A stretch of DNA of 64,000 nt. Source: Puniceicoccaceae bacterium (GTDB lineage Bacteria; Verrucomicrobiota; Verrucomicrobiia; Opitutales; Oceanipulchritudinaceae). Location of the stretch: the NCBI GenBank assembly GCA_040830765.1, contig JBFOMH010000005.1:64001-128000 (forward strand), in the 5' to 3' direction. The notes below the pieces were generated by a model, which was not told the origin of the DNA, ran no database searches, and saw nothing but the letters and a program-made list of their open reading frames with translations. Of the stretch, positions 1 through 9,594 are shown piece by piece (the first letter of the stretch is position 1; every line of letters begins with the position of its first letter). The position numbers and the translations under genes are program-made.

Positions 1-1238
1 GTGGTGAAGAGGACGTCCCAGCCGTAAGCCGCCGAAATGACACCCGGCAGGGAGAGGCCGAGAATCTGTCCAACGGATCCCAGTCCATTGACAAAGCCCA
101 CGGCCGAGCCGGCTCCCTTGCGCGTCCCGAAATCAACAGCCGCCGCTCCCGAGAGAAGGGTCTCGGGACCCACCAGTAGCATGCCGATGACAAAGAAGAC
201 CAGTGCCATGGTCCATGGACCACCCATTTCGGTAAGTGTAGTGAAAAAAAACAATACAATGGATGCTCCAAACAGGCAGGGCACGACAACCGGCATTCGG
301 CGCGACTGGAACCATTTGTCGGTCGCGTAACCGGCAAAGATTGCACTCAAGGGGCCGGCAGCTTCAAACGAGGCACCAATCAGGGCTGAGCTGCCAATAT
401 TGGTACCCAGTTGTTCATAGGCCATCACAGGTCCCCAGAATAATATCGCGTAGCGGGTTGGCTTGAGCAGGAAATAAACCAGCCCCATCCGTATGATCAT
501 TGGATTCCGGAAAACCTCCCTGATGGTTTTCCACGACCCACGGGGCTCATCCTCGGGAGCCTCCCCCTCGGCCAATACCGCCGTTTCTTCACCATGGTAT
601 TCCTCAATGGGGGGTAAGCCGATATCCTCCGGCTTGTTTTTCTGGAAGAGAAAGAACAACACCAGCGCTATCAGGAGGACTGCCGCGGAGGAGAAGAAGG
701 CGAATTGCCAGCCTCCGAGTAGATAGGCCATGTAGCCTGTAAAGGCACTGCCGGCCATTCCCCCGATAACATAATTGGTCGACCAGAACCCAAACACCTT
801 TCCCCGCTCGGACTCCGAAAACCATTCACTCACATTCTTAGCCAGTGGAGCCCAACCGGTGGATTGACACAGCCCCTGAACGAAAAACAGCACCCCGAAG
901 AGGATGACATGCGTGGACATGCCCATCGCCACAGCCACGAGAACGGAAAGCAACATGCCGCCTATGACAATTGGCCGGGTCCCGAACCGGTCACCAGCGA
1001 TGCCCCAGATAAATTGTCCCGCCGCGTAGGCGACCCCGTAGGCTCCGTCAATGTAGCCCATCTCGACCTTCCCCATCTCAATCGAGGGATCCTCAAGAAT
1101 TCCGACCTTGGCTACCGGAAATGCCTTCCGGGTAAAATAAAAGCCGGCATAGGCCATCCAGGTCAGCAGGAATATCGTCCACCGCCACTTTTCATAGCGT
1201 GGATCCCGGTCGGATTGGAGTAGGTTGTCTTTCGTCAT
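1..1238 (-). CDS. MFS transporter, GlpT/UhpC (organophosphate:Pi antiporter)-like; 3' end runs off the window
   Basis: Absent from the ORF track because there is no stop in the window. Hand translation from the minus-strand ATG at 1238 gives MTKDNLLQSDRDPRYEKWRWTIFLLTWMAYAGFYFTRKAFPVAK..., with the OPA-family TM1 motif YxxxYxxRK. Confidence 0.8.
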   Translation of the reverse strand, partial: MTKDNLLQSDRDPRYEKWRWTIFLLTWMAYAGFYFTRKAFPVAKVGILEDPSIEMGKVEMGYIDGAYGVAYAAGQFIWGIAGDRFGTRPIVIGGMLLSVLVAVAMGMSTHVILFGVLFFVQGLCQSTGWAPLAKNVSEWFSESERGKVFGFWSTNYVIGGMAGSAFTGYMAYLLGGWQFAFFSSAAVLLIALVLFFLFQKNKPEDIGLPPIEEYHGEETAVLAEGEAPEDEPRGSWKTIREVFRNPMIIRMGLVYFLLKPTRYAILFWGPVMAYEQLGTNIGSSALIGASFEAAGPLSAIFAGYATDKWFQSRRMPVVVPCLFGASIVLFFFTTLTEMGGPWTMALVFFVIGMLLVGPETLLSGAAAVDFGTRKGAGSAVGFVNGLGSVGQILGLSLPGVISAAYGWDVLFT

Positions 1239-1408
1239 AATGCTGCCCTTCACTGCATATCTAGAATCCGGCATGGAGGTCTAGACCGAGTATAGGGTCA
1301 TTCAACGAGCCTCCGCAACAAGAGAAAGCCGCTAATTGGCCTAATCCGGCCCCTTATGATCCTGAACAGGTACATTCCCGCGGCCACCTCCTATTGGCCT
1401 TAACAATC

Positions 1409-2434
1409 CTACAGGTGGATCTTGTCCTGCTCCGCTTGGCTCCAGACGCGAACAGGATATGCTTTTGTCCGGATCGTTTCCGAGGAATCAAAAGCCTCCC
1501 GTCGCTGCTTGAATTGCTCGTGGGTAGTCTCCTTTTCGGGGTGTGACTTACTCCTGACCACAAAGTCGGCTTCGGGCGGGTAGCAGGCAACATTGAGATC
1601 GTGGTCAGCTTCCTCCGGCAGGTAATCCACGTTGTTGGGCACTTCCCCGGACTGGTACCGCAGATCGACACTCCAACGGACGCCGTTGGAGAAATTCGGG
1701 GTCGAGCAATGGGGAGTGAGGTTAGTCATGAAAACCACCCCGCCCTTGGGGACTTCCGCCGTGACAATATCCCGCTTCCGCTCTTCCGGCAGGTCCTCCT
1801 CATAGATGACCAGAAAACCGGCATTGCCCCCCTTGTGGTGCTCAATGATGCCTTCCCGGTGGGCATTTGGCATGATGCGCATGCAGCCATTCTCAACCGT
1901 GGCATCAACCAGGGGAATCCAGCAGGTAATGATCATTTCGCGGTCACACTTCGGCTTGAAATAACCGGAGTCCTGGTGCCAGGGGACAATGCCCCGGTTG
2001 TTGTTCGGCAACTTGGGTCGCAGGCGGAAAACCGATGAGCCGACAATCTCCTCGCCAATCAAGTCTTCCAGGTAACGAACCAGCTTGGCATGGGTAATCA
2101 TGCGGAACATTTCAATGCCGTGCTGGCCACCGCCTCCCCGTCCCTCGATTTGGGCAATGATGGCCTTCCCGACCTCACTCGACTCCTCGAAAATCCGCGC
2201 CAGCTGGGTATGAAATCCTTCCCCGGCATAGTCGGAGCTCAGATCGCCGTTTTCATAATACCCCCGGACCGCCGTCCGCACCTGCTCATCAATTTCCCCG
2301 ATGAGCGGGTCCAGATCTTCCGGATCGAATACATCGTCGATGATAAGGAGCCCGGATTCATAAAACTGCCGGACCTGATCGGGGCTTAGTTTATTAAGGG
2401 AGGGTTCGGAGGAGGATGCATCAGGGCCTATCAT
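1409..2434 (-). CDS. Phytanoyl-CoA dioxygenase (PhyH) family Fe(II)/2-oxoglutarate dioxygenase
   Basis: WHQDSGY (HxD), ITCWIPLVDATVENGCM, and distal His in PHCSTPN..RWSVDLRY. Confidence 0.88.
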   Translation of the reverse strand: MIGPDASSSEPSLNKLSPDQVRQFYESGLLIIDDVFDPEDLDPLIGEIDEQVRTAVRGYYENGDLSSDYAGEGFHTQLARIFEESSEVGKAIIAQIEGRGGGGQHGIEMFRMITHAKLVRYLEDLIGEEIVGSSVFRLRPKLPNNNRGIVPWHQDSGYFKPKCDREMIITCWIPLVDATVENGCMRIMPNAHREGIIEHHKGGNAGFLVIYEEDLPEERKRDIVTAEVPKGGVVFMTNLTPHCSTPNFSNGVRWSVDLRYQSGEVPNNVDYLPEEADHDLNVACYPPEADFVVRSKSHPEKETTHEQFKQRREAFDSSETIRTKAYPVRVWSQAEQDKIHL

Positions 2435-2583
2435 AACGGCATTAAGCAGGATTTATCGACCCAGGGAAATTCAGACCTTGGGATACGGTAAACCATGGTA
2501 ACCTGGAAACCCTACCTCGCCGGCTCATACCAGAAATGGGCGCAGGATTAGAAGGATACCAGGAACAGCAAAGCACCTTTCAC

Positions 2584-4119
2584 TCACCGGACATAGCAAC
2601 CGGCAGCATGTGGTGCGCTCCTTCTGGAATATGCAATGTCCAGTTCGGTTGCATAGGTATCGTCGGCTACTCCCAGCAATGAGGACTCTTGACTGGGTCG
2701 GGCATCCAACAAAAAGGCATCCCATGACAAAGAGACAAAGTCAGACATGCCTTTTCCTGACACAAAGCCCGGAAGCGCAACAGACTGGACACCGAAAGCC
2801 ACGTTTCCCGAGAAGGTGACCGAGGGTAGAGACGACATCGCATTGATGGGAGCATCGAAATTGCTGTAACAGGCATTGTTGGCAAAAACCATGTTATCCC
2901 CGTTTTCCCAGTCACGTAAACGAACGGCGACTTCGTTATTTATAAAAGTGTTGTGCACCACCTTAATTTCCGTGGCTCCTCCCTGCATGTTCCGGCTTTG
3001 AAAAGCTGCGACTGCACCGGACACGACCAGATTGTTCCGGACAATACATTCCCCCTGAACTTGCAACACACTATCCTGGCTGCGGTATAATGTGTTATTT
3101 TCAACGATGTTCACCGTTTTACCATTGGTCCCACCAACTACCAGACAAGGATAGTTGCAGTCATGAATTAAATTCCAAGCGACTAAATTCCCCCACGATC
3201 CTTGCTTTAAGTCAATCCCCTCACCTTGAACAGCATTAGGGTGTGGAGAGTGAATGTGATTCATCGCAATAACGGATTCACTCATTGTCACAAACCCGTT
3301 GTTCCCACCAAGATACAGGCACTCACCTGTCCCTCCAGCTGTTCCAGTATTGCTGATCTCGTTTTGGGTAATGAACAACCTGCTCGTGTTAGTCGAGTTG
3401 GCGCTTAATCCGATGCCGCCGGTGCTGTGAATTTTGCACTGGGTTATCCATAACTCCTGGCAATCACCGAGGCGAATACCCGTACTGCCACCGGTGAATT
3501 CAATACCCTCCAAACAAAGATACCGCACAAGTCCCCCCACTCCCAGATTGACCAAATTTTGCGCCGCGTCCGGTCTCGCAATACGAACTTGGGCACCTGG
3601 TCCAGCAGCAATCCATATAGGAGAAGTCGCATTGCCGCTCAGGTTGAGTGCGACATAGCTGGCGAGGGTGTAGGACCCACTGCCAATCTCCAGTCGATCC
3701 CCAGGTTGTAAAGCCTCCATGGCTGCCTTTAAATCAGCCCCGTTTTCTTCTGATGACTTGGACGTATCGAAAGAAATTTGAACGACCCGAGCCGGTTCCA
3801 ACCGGCCCCACTCAGGCTCGAAAGGTGATGCACCGCTTATTACGCGATAAAATTCCATTCCCTCTCCCGGAATGAAAGAATAGGACATGGACCCTGTCAT
3901 GGCTATTGCGGGTAAGTCTTTGCTAATGACAGTCGACCAACCCGCTCCAGGATCACTCGTTTTCAAGAGCTCATATGGGTGATAGGGCAATGTAGGCCAA
4001 TCCATCTGGATCTGACTATTTCCTGAAGTTGCTGTAACCTCCACTTCACCGTGCAAACCTTTCAATGATGTTAGGAGACCAAAAAGAATGGTGAGCCATT
4101 GCCGACAGAATGTGCACAT
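2584..4119 (-). CDS. Secreted right-handed parallel beta-helix (pectin lyase-like) protein
   Basis: Hydrophobic N-terminus; ALQPGDRLEIGSGSY; repeated IxxNxI/NNT/VRNN beta-helix coils. Confidence 0.75.
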   Translation of the reverse strand: MCTFCRQWLTILFGLLTSLKGLHGEVEVTATSGNSQIQMDWPTLPYHPYELLKTSDPGAGWSTVISKDLPAIAMTGSMSYSFIPGEGMEFYRVISGASPFEPEWGRLEPARVVQISFDTSKSSEENGADLKAAMEALQPGDRLEIGSGSYTLASYVALNLSGNATSPIWIAAGPGAQVRIARPDAAQNLVNLGVGGLVRYLCLEGIEFTGGSTGIRLGDCQELWITQCKIHSTGGIGLSANSTNTSRLFITQNEISNTGTAGGTGECLYLGGNNGFVTMSESVIAMNHIHSPHPNAVQGEGIDLKQGSWGNLVAWNLIHDCNYPCLVVGGTNGKTVNIVENNTLYRSQDSVLQVQGECIVRNNLVVSGAVAAFQSRNMQGGATEIKVVHNTFINNEVAVRLRDWENGDNMVFANNACYSNFDAPINAMSSLPSVTFSGNVAFGVQSVALPGFVSGKGMSDFVSLSWDAFLLDARPSQESSLLGVADDTYATELDIAYSRRSAPHAAGCYVR

Positions 4120-4300
4120 GCTTACATGAAAAAATTTAATGAAATGAAGTCAATTTGCTAATTTCCAACTCAGACTCACTCAGGTCCCGTAAAGCAGAAG
4201 AAAATTTTCCCAGGGCTAGGGGCAGGCAGTGAAACGGATGAAGTCTCAGCAGTGTCCCACCAGATGATCATATCATCGCTTGCTTGCACTTTGAAATTCA

Positions 4301-4507
4301 TTGTTGGACACAGATAATTCATCTGAAACTTGGGGACCCGGCTACCTGATCGTAGATGACGCCATGAACGTCGACACCGAAGGCTTCCTGGGCTGGATCA
4401 ATGTCTTCCATTCACCGTGGATCTGGTGCTATTCGATGGATGGCTGGATGTACTGCCCTGAAGAGAGTGTCAGCGAGACAGGAGCATGGGTGTATGTGCC
4501 CCGTTGA
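4301..4507 (+). CDS. Orphan Trp-rich module (type A) with no passenger domain; small protein or gene remnant
   Basis: 68-aa ORF (TTG start) made almost entirely of the WG..DT.GFLGWINV...PWIW.YS...WMYCPE......GAWVY motif that ends four larger proteins here. In-frame TGA at 4292-4294 lies just upstream. Confidence 0.55.
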   Translation: MLDTDNSSETWGPGYLIVDDAMNVDTEGFLGWINVFHSPWIWCYSMDGWMYCPEESVSETGAWVYVPR

Positions 4508-4588
4508 GGGGAGTCGGTAGAGAACGTGGGAAATCCGTTCCCAGGTTGCCAAACCTTGCTGACTTGATTCAGTATCTGGGAACTTGAT

Positions 4589-5137
4589 ATGAAGCAATCC
4601 TCACACGACAAAATACGCCTGTACTTTACCCTGCTGGTCGCCTTCATGGTCTGGTGCCTCCTCATCTGGCAGCATTTCAACGGGGGCGTGCCCAAGCACT
4701 ACATTCTTCACCGCGCCGACATGCCCGCTATCTCCAACTGGTGGGGCGGGATCCTTCTTCCGGTTCTTTCATGGATCCTCGTGGGCCAGGTTGTACGGCG
4801 CGGGTCGGGAAAGGTCCGGTCCTCCGCCATCTGTGCCTTTTGTTGTGCCCTGCTTTATGGGATCGTCCTCTCTGCATCGTTTATCTACCAGTTTGAACCC
4901 CTGACATCCCTGATGGCCCCTGCCCTGCTTTTCTTGGCCTTGTTCTTCCCGATCTACCGGGGGGAGTACGTCCTCGGGTTTATCCTCGGCATGTCATATA
5001 CCTTTGGTGCGGTCCTCCCAACGGCATTCGCCATCGTTGTGGGCCTGCTTTCCGCTGCCATCTATCACTTCATCCGGCCCATTCCGTTTTGGCTATGGCG
5101 CAAGCTGAGACAACCCGAGCCTGGGCAAGACGGGTAG
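4589..5137 (+). CDS. Integral membrane protein of unknown function
   Basis: 182 aa with about 5-6 hydrophobic segments. Confidence 0.7.
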   Translation: MKQSSHDKIRLYFTLLVAFMVWCLLIWQHFNGGVPKHYILHRADMPAISNWWGGILLPVLSWILVGQVVRRGSGKVRSSAICAFCCALLYGIVLSASFIYQFEPLTSLMAPALLFLALFFPIYRGEYVLGFILGMSYTFGAVLPTAFAIVVGLLSAAIYHFIRPIPFWLWRKLRQPEPGQDG

Positions 5138-5165
5138 CAACCGGCCAATGTGAAAGGATTCCACG

Positions 5166-5618
5166 TTGATACATAAGGACAAGCTCCCTCCGGCACTGAT
5201 CGAATTCCTCGAACAACGACCTGATATCGATCTTGATCGCTTCGAAGTCCCACCGCCGGTCTTCATGACCATGGAGGGAAAGATTACCGACTTTGATCCT
5301 GGGGCCAAATGCATCAGCTGCTCGTTTCCTGTCCGCCCGGATCAGCTCAATCCTTTCGGCATGATGCAGGGTGGCATCATCTCGGCTGCCATCGACAACA
5401 CCATCGGTCCGCTGAGCATGCTGGTGGCCCCGCCCAGCATCACCCGGAAGCTGGAGGTCAAGTATTACAAGGCTGTCGAACCAGCAGCCGGAAAAATCTT
5501 TATCACCGCGAAACTCATCGGCCAAAAGAAGCGCTTCCTCTTCTTCGAGGCAGTGGCTGAAAACGAGGATAAATCGGTCATATTTGCCTCAGCCGAGGCC
5601 ATGCACTGGATGCTCTAA
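5166..5618 (+). CDS. PaaI family (hotdog-fold) thioesterase
   Basis: NPFGMMQGGIISAAIDNTIG hotdog motif; 150 aa. Confidence 0.85.
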   Translation: MIHKDKLPPALIEFLEQRPDIDLDRFEVPPPVFMTMEGKITDFDPGAKCISCSFPVRPDQLNPFGMMQGGIISAAIDNTIGPLSMLVAPPSITRKLEVKYYKAVEPAAGKIFITAKLIGQKKRFLFFEAVAENEDKSVIFASAEAMHWML

Positions 5619-5754
5619 CGCCTCCGGGAAACGGACCAGACAACAGACGCTTAAATCCCACCCAGCTTGCCTTCGAAAGGGCCAATAGTCCTTGCCTCAA
5701 GCTGTGGACGACTTATACTGACGAGCAGTAAGCTAATTCAACAAGGGTAATTAC

Positions 5755-7014
5755 ATGAAGCACACGAAGTGGCTGGCGATCATGATTGCCCCCCTGCTCA
5801 CTGCATCTGTCTCCACCCAGGCGGTCGTGGAGATGGAGATGGTTTTTGTCGGTGACCCGGATAACCCTGCTTGTCCAGACGATGCCGACTATGAAATGGA
5901 AGGCTTCCAGTCTGTCGGCTGGGTTCCTTACGGATATTACATCGGCACCTATGAGGTGACCAACGAACAGTATGTCCAGTTCCTCAATGCCGTGCGCGAC
6001 ATCAATCTCTGGGATACCGGCATGATGTACGATGGCTGGGGCGGTATTATGCGCAACAACAGTTCCTGGCCAACGTACACGGTTAAAATCGGCTACGGCG
6101 GGGTCAGTTTTGGCAAGCGTCCAGTAGGTTACATGGACTTCTACAGGGCGGCGCGATTCTGCAACTGGCTGACCAACGGCCAGGGAGATGCCGACACCAT
6201 GACCGGCATGTACGACCTGACAGACAACTACAACTACAACACCGGGAACATTGTGCGCAACGAGGCTGCCTGGAATGCCGGTGGTGTGGCCATAGCCAGC
6301 GAAGATGAGTGGTGCAAGGCGGCCTATTATGATCCATCCAACCTGGGTCCTTCAGACCACTGGTGGGCCTATCCTACCCGTAGTGATGTCGTACCCAACG
6401 CGATTGGCCCGAACAACACTGATCCCAACAGCGCCAATTATCGGCGGGCACATGACAATGGTCAGTACTGCGACGTGGACGCATATCCACTGGCACGGTC
6501 CTATTACGGAACCTATGGCCAGGGAGGTAATGCGATGGAGATGACCGATACGCACTACCCAAACGATCCTGGGAAACGAATTTACCGCGGAGGTTATTTC
6601 TCCGTCTCCGGCGATAAACTATCCGTTTCCTACCGGGATGACATTCCCATCACCTGGTCCTATCCCGGCCATGGCTTCAGGGTCACCAGCCTCAAACCGA
6701 TCGGTGGCCAAAAACTGAATTGGGGTCCCTACCTGAGGCAAAACAATCATTGTGACACCGGCGAGTGGATGGGCTGGCTCAACGTAATCCGGGCCCCCTG
6801 GGTCTATTGCCTGAAAACCCAGTGCTGGTTCTACATTCCGGAAAGTGTCGCCCAGGCAGGCAGTGGATGGATTTACATCCCTGACCTGAGCACAGACACC
6901 CCTGAATTGTGGCTGGTCATGATTGCGGATAGTGGTTGGGGCTGGAGCTACGGCCTCAGCAAATATCTTTACGTCGACCAGAACAAGAGTGGATGGGTTT
7001 ACCTGGTGGATTGA
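5755..7014 (+). CDS. Secreted SUMF1/FGE-sulfatase-domain protein with Trp-rich C-terminal module
   Basis: Signal peptide; IGTYEVTNEQYVQFLN, SEDEWCKAAYYD, YGTYGQGGNAMEM, RGG...GFRV; Trp-rich tail from about 6718. Confidence 0.85.
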   Translation: MKHTKWLAIMIAPLLTASVSTQAVVEMEMVFVGDPDNPACPDDADYEMEGFQSVGWVPYGYYIGTYEVTNEQYVQFLNAVRDINLWDTGMMYDGWGGIMRNNSSWPTYTVKIGYGGVSFGKRPVGYMDFYRAARFCNWLTNGQGDADTMTGMYDLTDNYNYNTGNIVRNEAAWNAGGVAIASEDEWCKAAYYDPSNLGPSDHWWAYPTRSDVVPNAIGPNNTDPNSANYRRAHDNGQYCDVDAYPLARSYYGTYGQGGNAMEMTDTHYPNDPGKRIYRGGYFSVSGDKLSVSYRDDIPITWSYPGHGFRVTSLKPIGGQKLNWGPYLRQNNHCDTGEWMGWLNVIRAPWVYCLKTQCWFYIPESVAQAGSGWIYIPDLSTDTPELWLVMIADSGWGWSYGLSKYLYVDQNKSGWVYLVD

Positions 7015-7230
7015 GGGAGGTTTCGCTTTTCCAGAACCGAGTACGGATATAGATTTACTGCCGCTATTCCACGATCCTTAAAATTAGATGGAAGAGCCCG
7101 GACCATCCGCACTGATCGGGAAGGTCCGGCAGACGAATTGAGCCCAAATCCTGTCAAAACGTGCTTGAGCAAAGCCAATAATTCGACAAGATGCTCTCAC
7201 CGGCAGTATGCCTGTCGGCCGGTCACATCA

Positions 7231-9516
7231 ATGAGCGACTCTCCACCATCCGGCCCTGAAAAGGGTTTCAGTCTTGTCCGCTTCTGGCAGGAACTGAAAC
7301 GGCGGAATGTTGTCCGGGTGGCACTGGTCTACAGCATTGTTGGCTGGCTGGTGATCCAGGTGGCCAATGCCACCTTTTCGAGCTTTGGCATTCCCGTCTG
7401 GGCTTACCGCTTCGTAGTCCTGATGGTCCTGCTGGGCTTCCCCCTTTCGCTGATCATCGCCTGGGCCTTTGAACTGACACCTGGGGGTATTACACGGAGC
7501 AAACCAGCTCCCTTGGACAATGAAGACAACGGGTCTCCCACCCAGCAACGGAAGCGCAAGTGGCTGGCATATGGATTCGCGGCAGCAATGCCGACCGTGA
7601 TTTTTGGCTCCCTGGCTATCTTTTTCTATTTTCAGTCAGGCCGGAATGAAAATCCCACTACAGCGATTGTAGACAATTCAGCCCCGTCAACCCAAGCGGC
7701 ATCCATTGCTGTGCTCCCCCTGATCAACATGAGCCACCAGGAAGAGAATGAATATTTCGCCGGTGGTGTTCATGAGGACATCCTGACCAATCTTTCCCGG
7801 ATCAAGACCCTATCCGTCGTCTCCCGCACAACCATGCTGCGCTATGCGGCATCCGATCAGACCATTTCCCAAATTGGGGAGGCTCTTGATGTGGATTATA
7901 TCGTGGAGGGTTCCGTCCGCCGGATCGGGAAGCATGTACGGGTAACAATCCAGCTTAATCATGCCCGAGAGGACCGGCACTTGTGGGCCAACAATTTTGA
8001 GAGGGAAGTCATCGATGAGTTCGCCACCCAGAGCGAGCTTGCCAAGGTCATCAGCTCTTCCCTCCACCTGGAAATTCAACCGGAGACCGTTGGCCAGTTG
8101 AGCAACCTGCCGACCACCAGCGTCAAGGCATACGACTTATACCTGAACGCACTCAACCTGGAGAAGACAACCGCACAAAGTCCGAAGCAACTTATGGATA
8201 TTCGAAATCTTCTCGCGGGAGCGGTTGAGGAGGATCCGGACTTCGTCGAGGCATGGGGCTTCCTCAAGCGAATCTGTGACTTCCTCATCAACCAGACCTA
8301 TGCGCAATCAGCCCAAACACAGGAGGAATTTGCGGAGATCGTGCCGGACATGGACGCATTTCGCAGGGAATTGGAGGATCAGTCCGCCATTGCTCTGGCC
8401 AAGGCAATGGCACTGAAACCGGACAACCCGGAGACGCTGCTGGCCAGGGCTGTCAACCACAAGTGGCCCCAACCGGAAAGCTCTCTTTCCGAACAACGTC
8501 GCCTTTTCGCACAAATCCTCGCGGCCCATCCCGAACACGCCAAGACTTGGTATCATCTCGGCTGGTGGTATCTGAAGAAAGCGGAACCGGACAATGAGAA
8601 CGCCTTTGCCGCCTTCGAAAAGGCCCTTCAGCATGATCCCTTCAATGCCCGGATGGTCCGGTCCGTATTAAACCGGTACCGCCAGGAGGGCAATCAGGAT
8701 GCAGTGACCCGCCTGAGCCAGCGCTTGAACCATATCCTGCCGGAGACGGCCGAGGACCGCTATCTAGCCCGTATTCAAATTCCCATATTCAGGTATTTTC
8801 GGGCCATGAGAGAATCTCCTGATGAAGCCCTGGTGGAGGAATTCGAATCATTGGTTGAAGCCCGTAGAGGTGCCTGGCAGGGAGAAGTGTTCCTGGAAAT
8901 CGCCCTTGCTGACCTTGCTTTCATGAAAAATGATAAGGAAGGGATGCTTTCCATCCTCGATCGATTGACGATCCGGGAGTTAATCGATTTTGAAAGCGAA
9001 TGGGGCACTTTCGCAAGAATGGGTCTGATACTCAACGCCTTCTTGATTCTGGTTGATGACAATCGTACCGAGGAAGTTGAGACCCTTTCCAGGCAGCTTG
9101 TCCAGTTAAAGGAGGACCCCCCCCTGTTTGAGTATGCATCGTCCTACAGCCTTGGAAAGATGGTCTTCTTTCTGGCATTCCACCTGACCGGGGACCAGGA
9201 GTCAGCTGATGAAATGCTGGAGGTCATGGATGATGCTAAAGGTTTCCGTCGGACCGCATTATCGTACGTCGATCTGGAGAGCGTGGTGGAAGAGGAATTA
9301 AAAGCGCTCAAGGAATGGAAAGGGAAAAACTACGAGAATCGAGGATTCGGTTATTGCGACGACAGGGCATTCAATTTCCTTGTGAGCCGTCGTCTGCTGA
9401 CGCATCCGGACATCATGGCTTTCTATGTCGAGGACGGAAAATGGATTCCGTTTCTATCGAAGCGGTTACCTGAGTATGCGCAGTATGCGAAGAATGCCGG
9501 TACCAACGATTTCTAG
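7231..9516 (+). CDS. Membrane-anchored TolB-like (SIAVLP) domain / TPR protein
   Basis: ELKRRNVVRV followed by three TM helices; SIAVLPLINMS...YFAGG, YIVEGSVRR; TPR-like AWGFL and TWYHLG...ALQHDP. Start taken at ATG 7231. Confidence 0.8.
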   Translation: MSDSPPSGPEKGFSLVRFWQELKRRNVVRVALVYSIVGWLVIQVANATFSSFGIPVWAYRFVVLMVLLGFPLSLIIAWAFELTPGGITRSKPAPLDNEDNGSPTQQRKRKWLAYGFAAAMPTVIFGSLAIFFYFQSGRNENPTTAIVDNSAPSTQAASIAVLPLINMSHQEENEYFAGGVHEDILTNLSRIKTLSVVSRTTMLRYAASDQTISQIGEALDVDYIVEGSVRRIGKHVRVTIQLNHAREDRHLWANNFEREVIDEFATQSELAKVISSSLHLEIQPETVGQLSNLPTTSVKAYDLYLNALNLEKTTAQSPKQLMDIRNLLAGAVEEDPDFVEAWGFLKRICDFLINQTYAQSAQTQEEFAEIVPDMDAFRRELEDQSAIALAKAMALKPDNPETLLARAVNHKWPQPESSLSEQRRLFAQILAAHPEHAKTWYHLGWWYLKKAEPDNENAFAAFEKALQHDPFNARMVRSVLNRYRQEGNQDAVTRLSQRLNHILPETAEDRYLARIQIPIFRYFRAMRESPDEALVEEFESLVEARRGAWQGEVFLEIALADLAFMKNDKEGMLSILDRLTIRELIDFESEWGTFARMGLILNAFLILVDDNRTEEVETLSRQLVQLKEDPPLFEYASSYSLGKMVFFLAFHLTGDQESADEMLEVMDDAKGFRRTALSYVDLESVVEEELKALKEWKGKNYENRGFGYCDDRAFNFLVSRRLLTHPDIMAFYVEDGKWIPFLSKRLPEYAQYAKNAGTNDF

Positions 9517-9594
9517 GTTTCCGGTTCCTGTTGTTGCCTTACTATAAGATGAGCCCCTGCTTTAAGCTCGACTGAGGAGTTGCAAAATCCGGGA

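Noticed and set aside
6580..6690. The FGE/CLec-fold C-terminus (RGG...GFRV) as a diversity-generating retroelement target
   Set aside because: No reverse transcriptase and no template repeat of this segment is visible in the window.
5755..7014. True formylglycine-generating enzyme
   Set aside because: The catalytic Cys pair after RGG is missing, and no sulfatase gene is adjacent.
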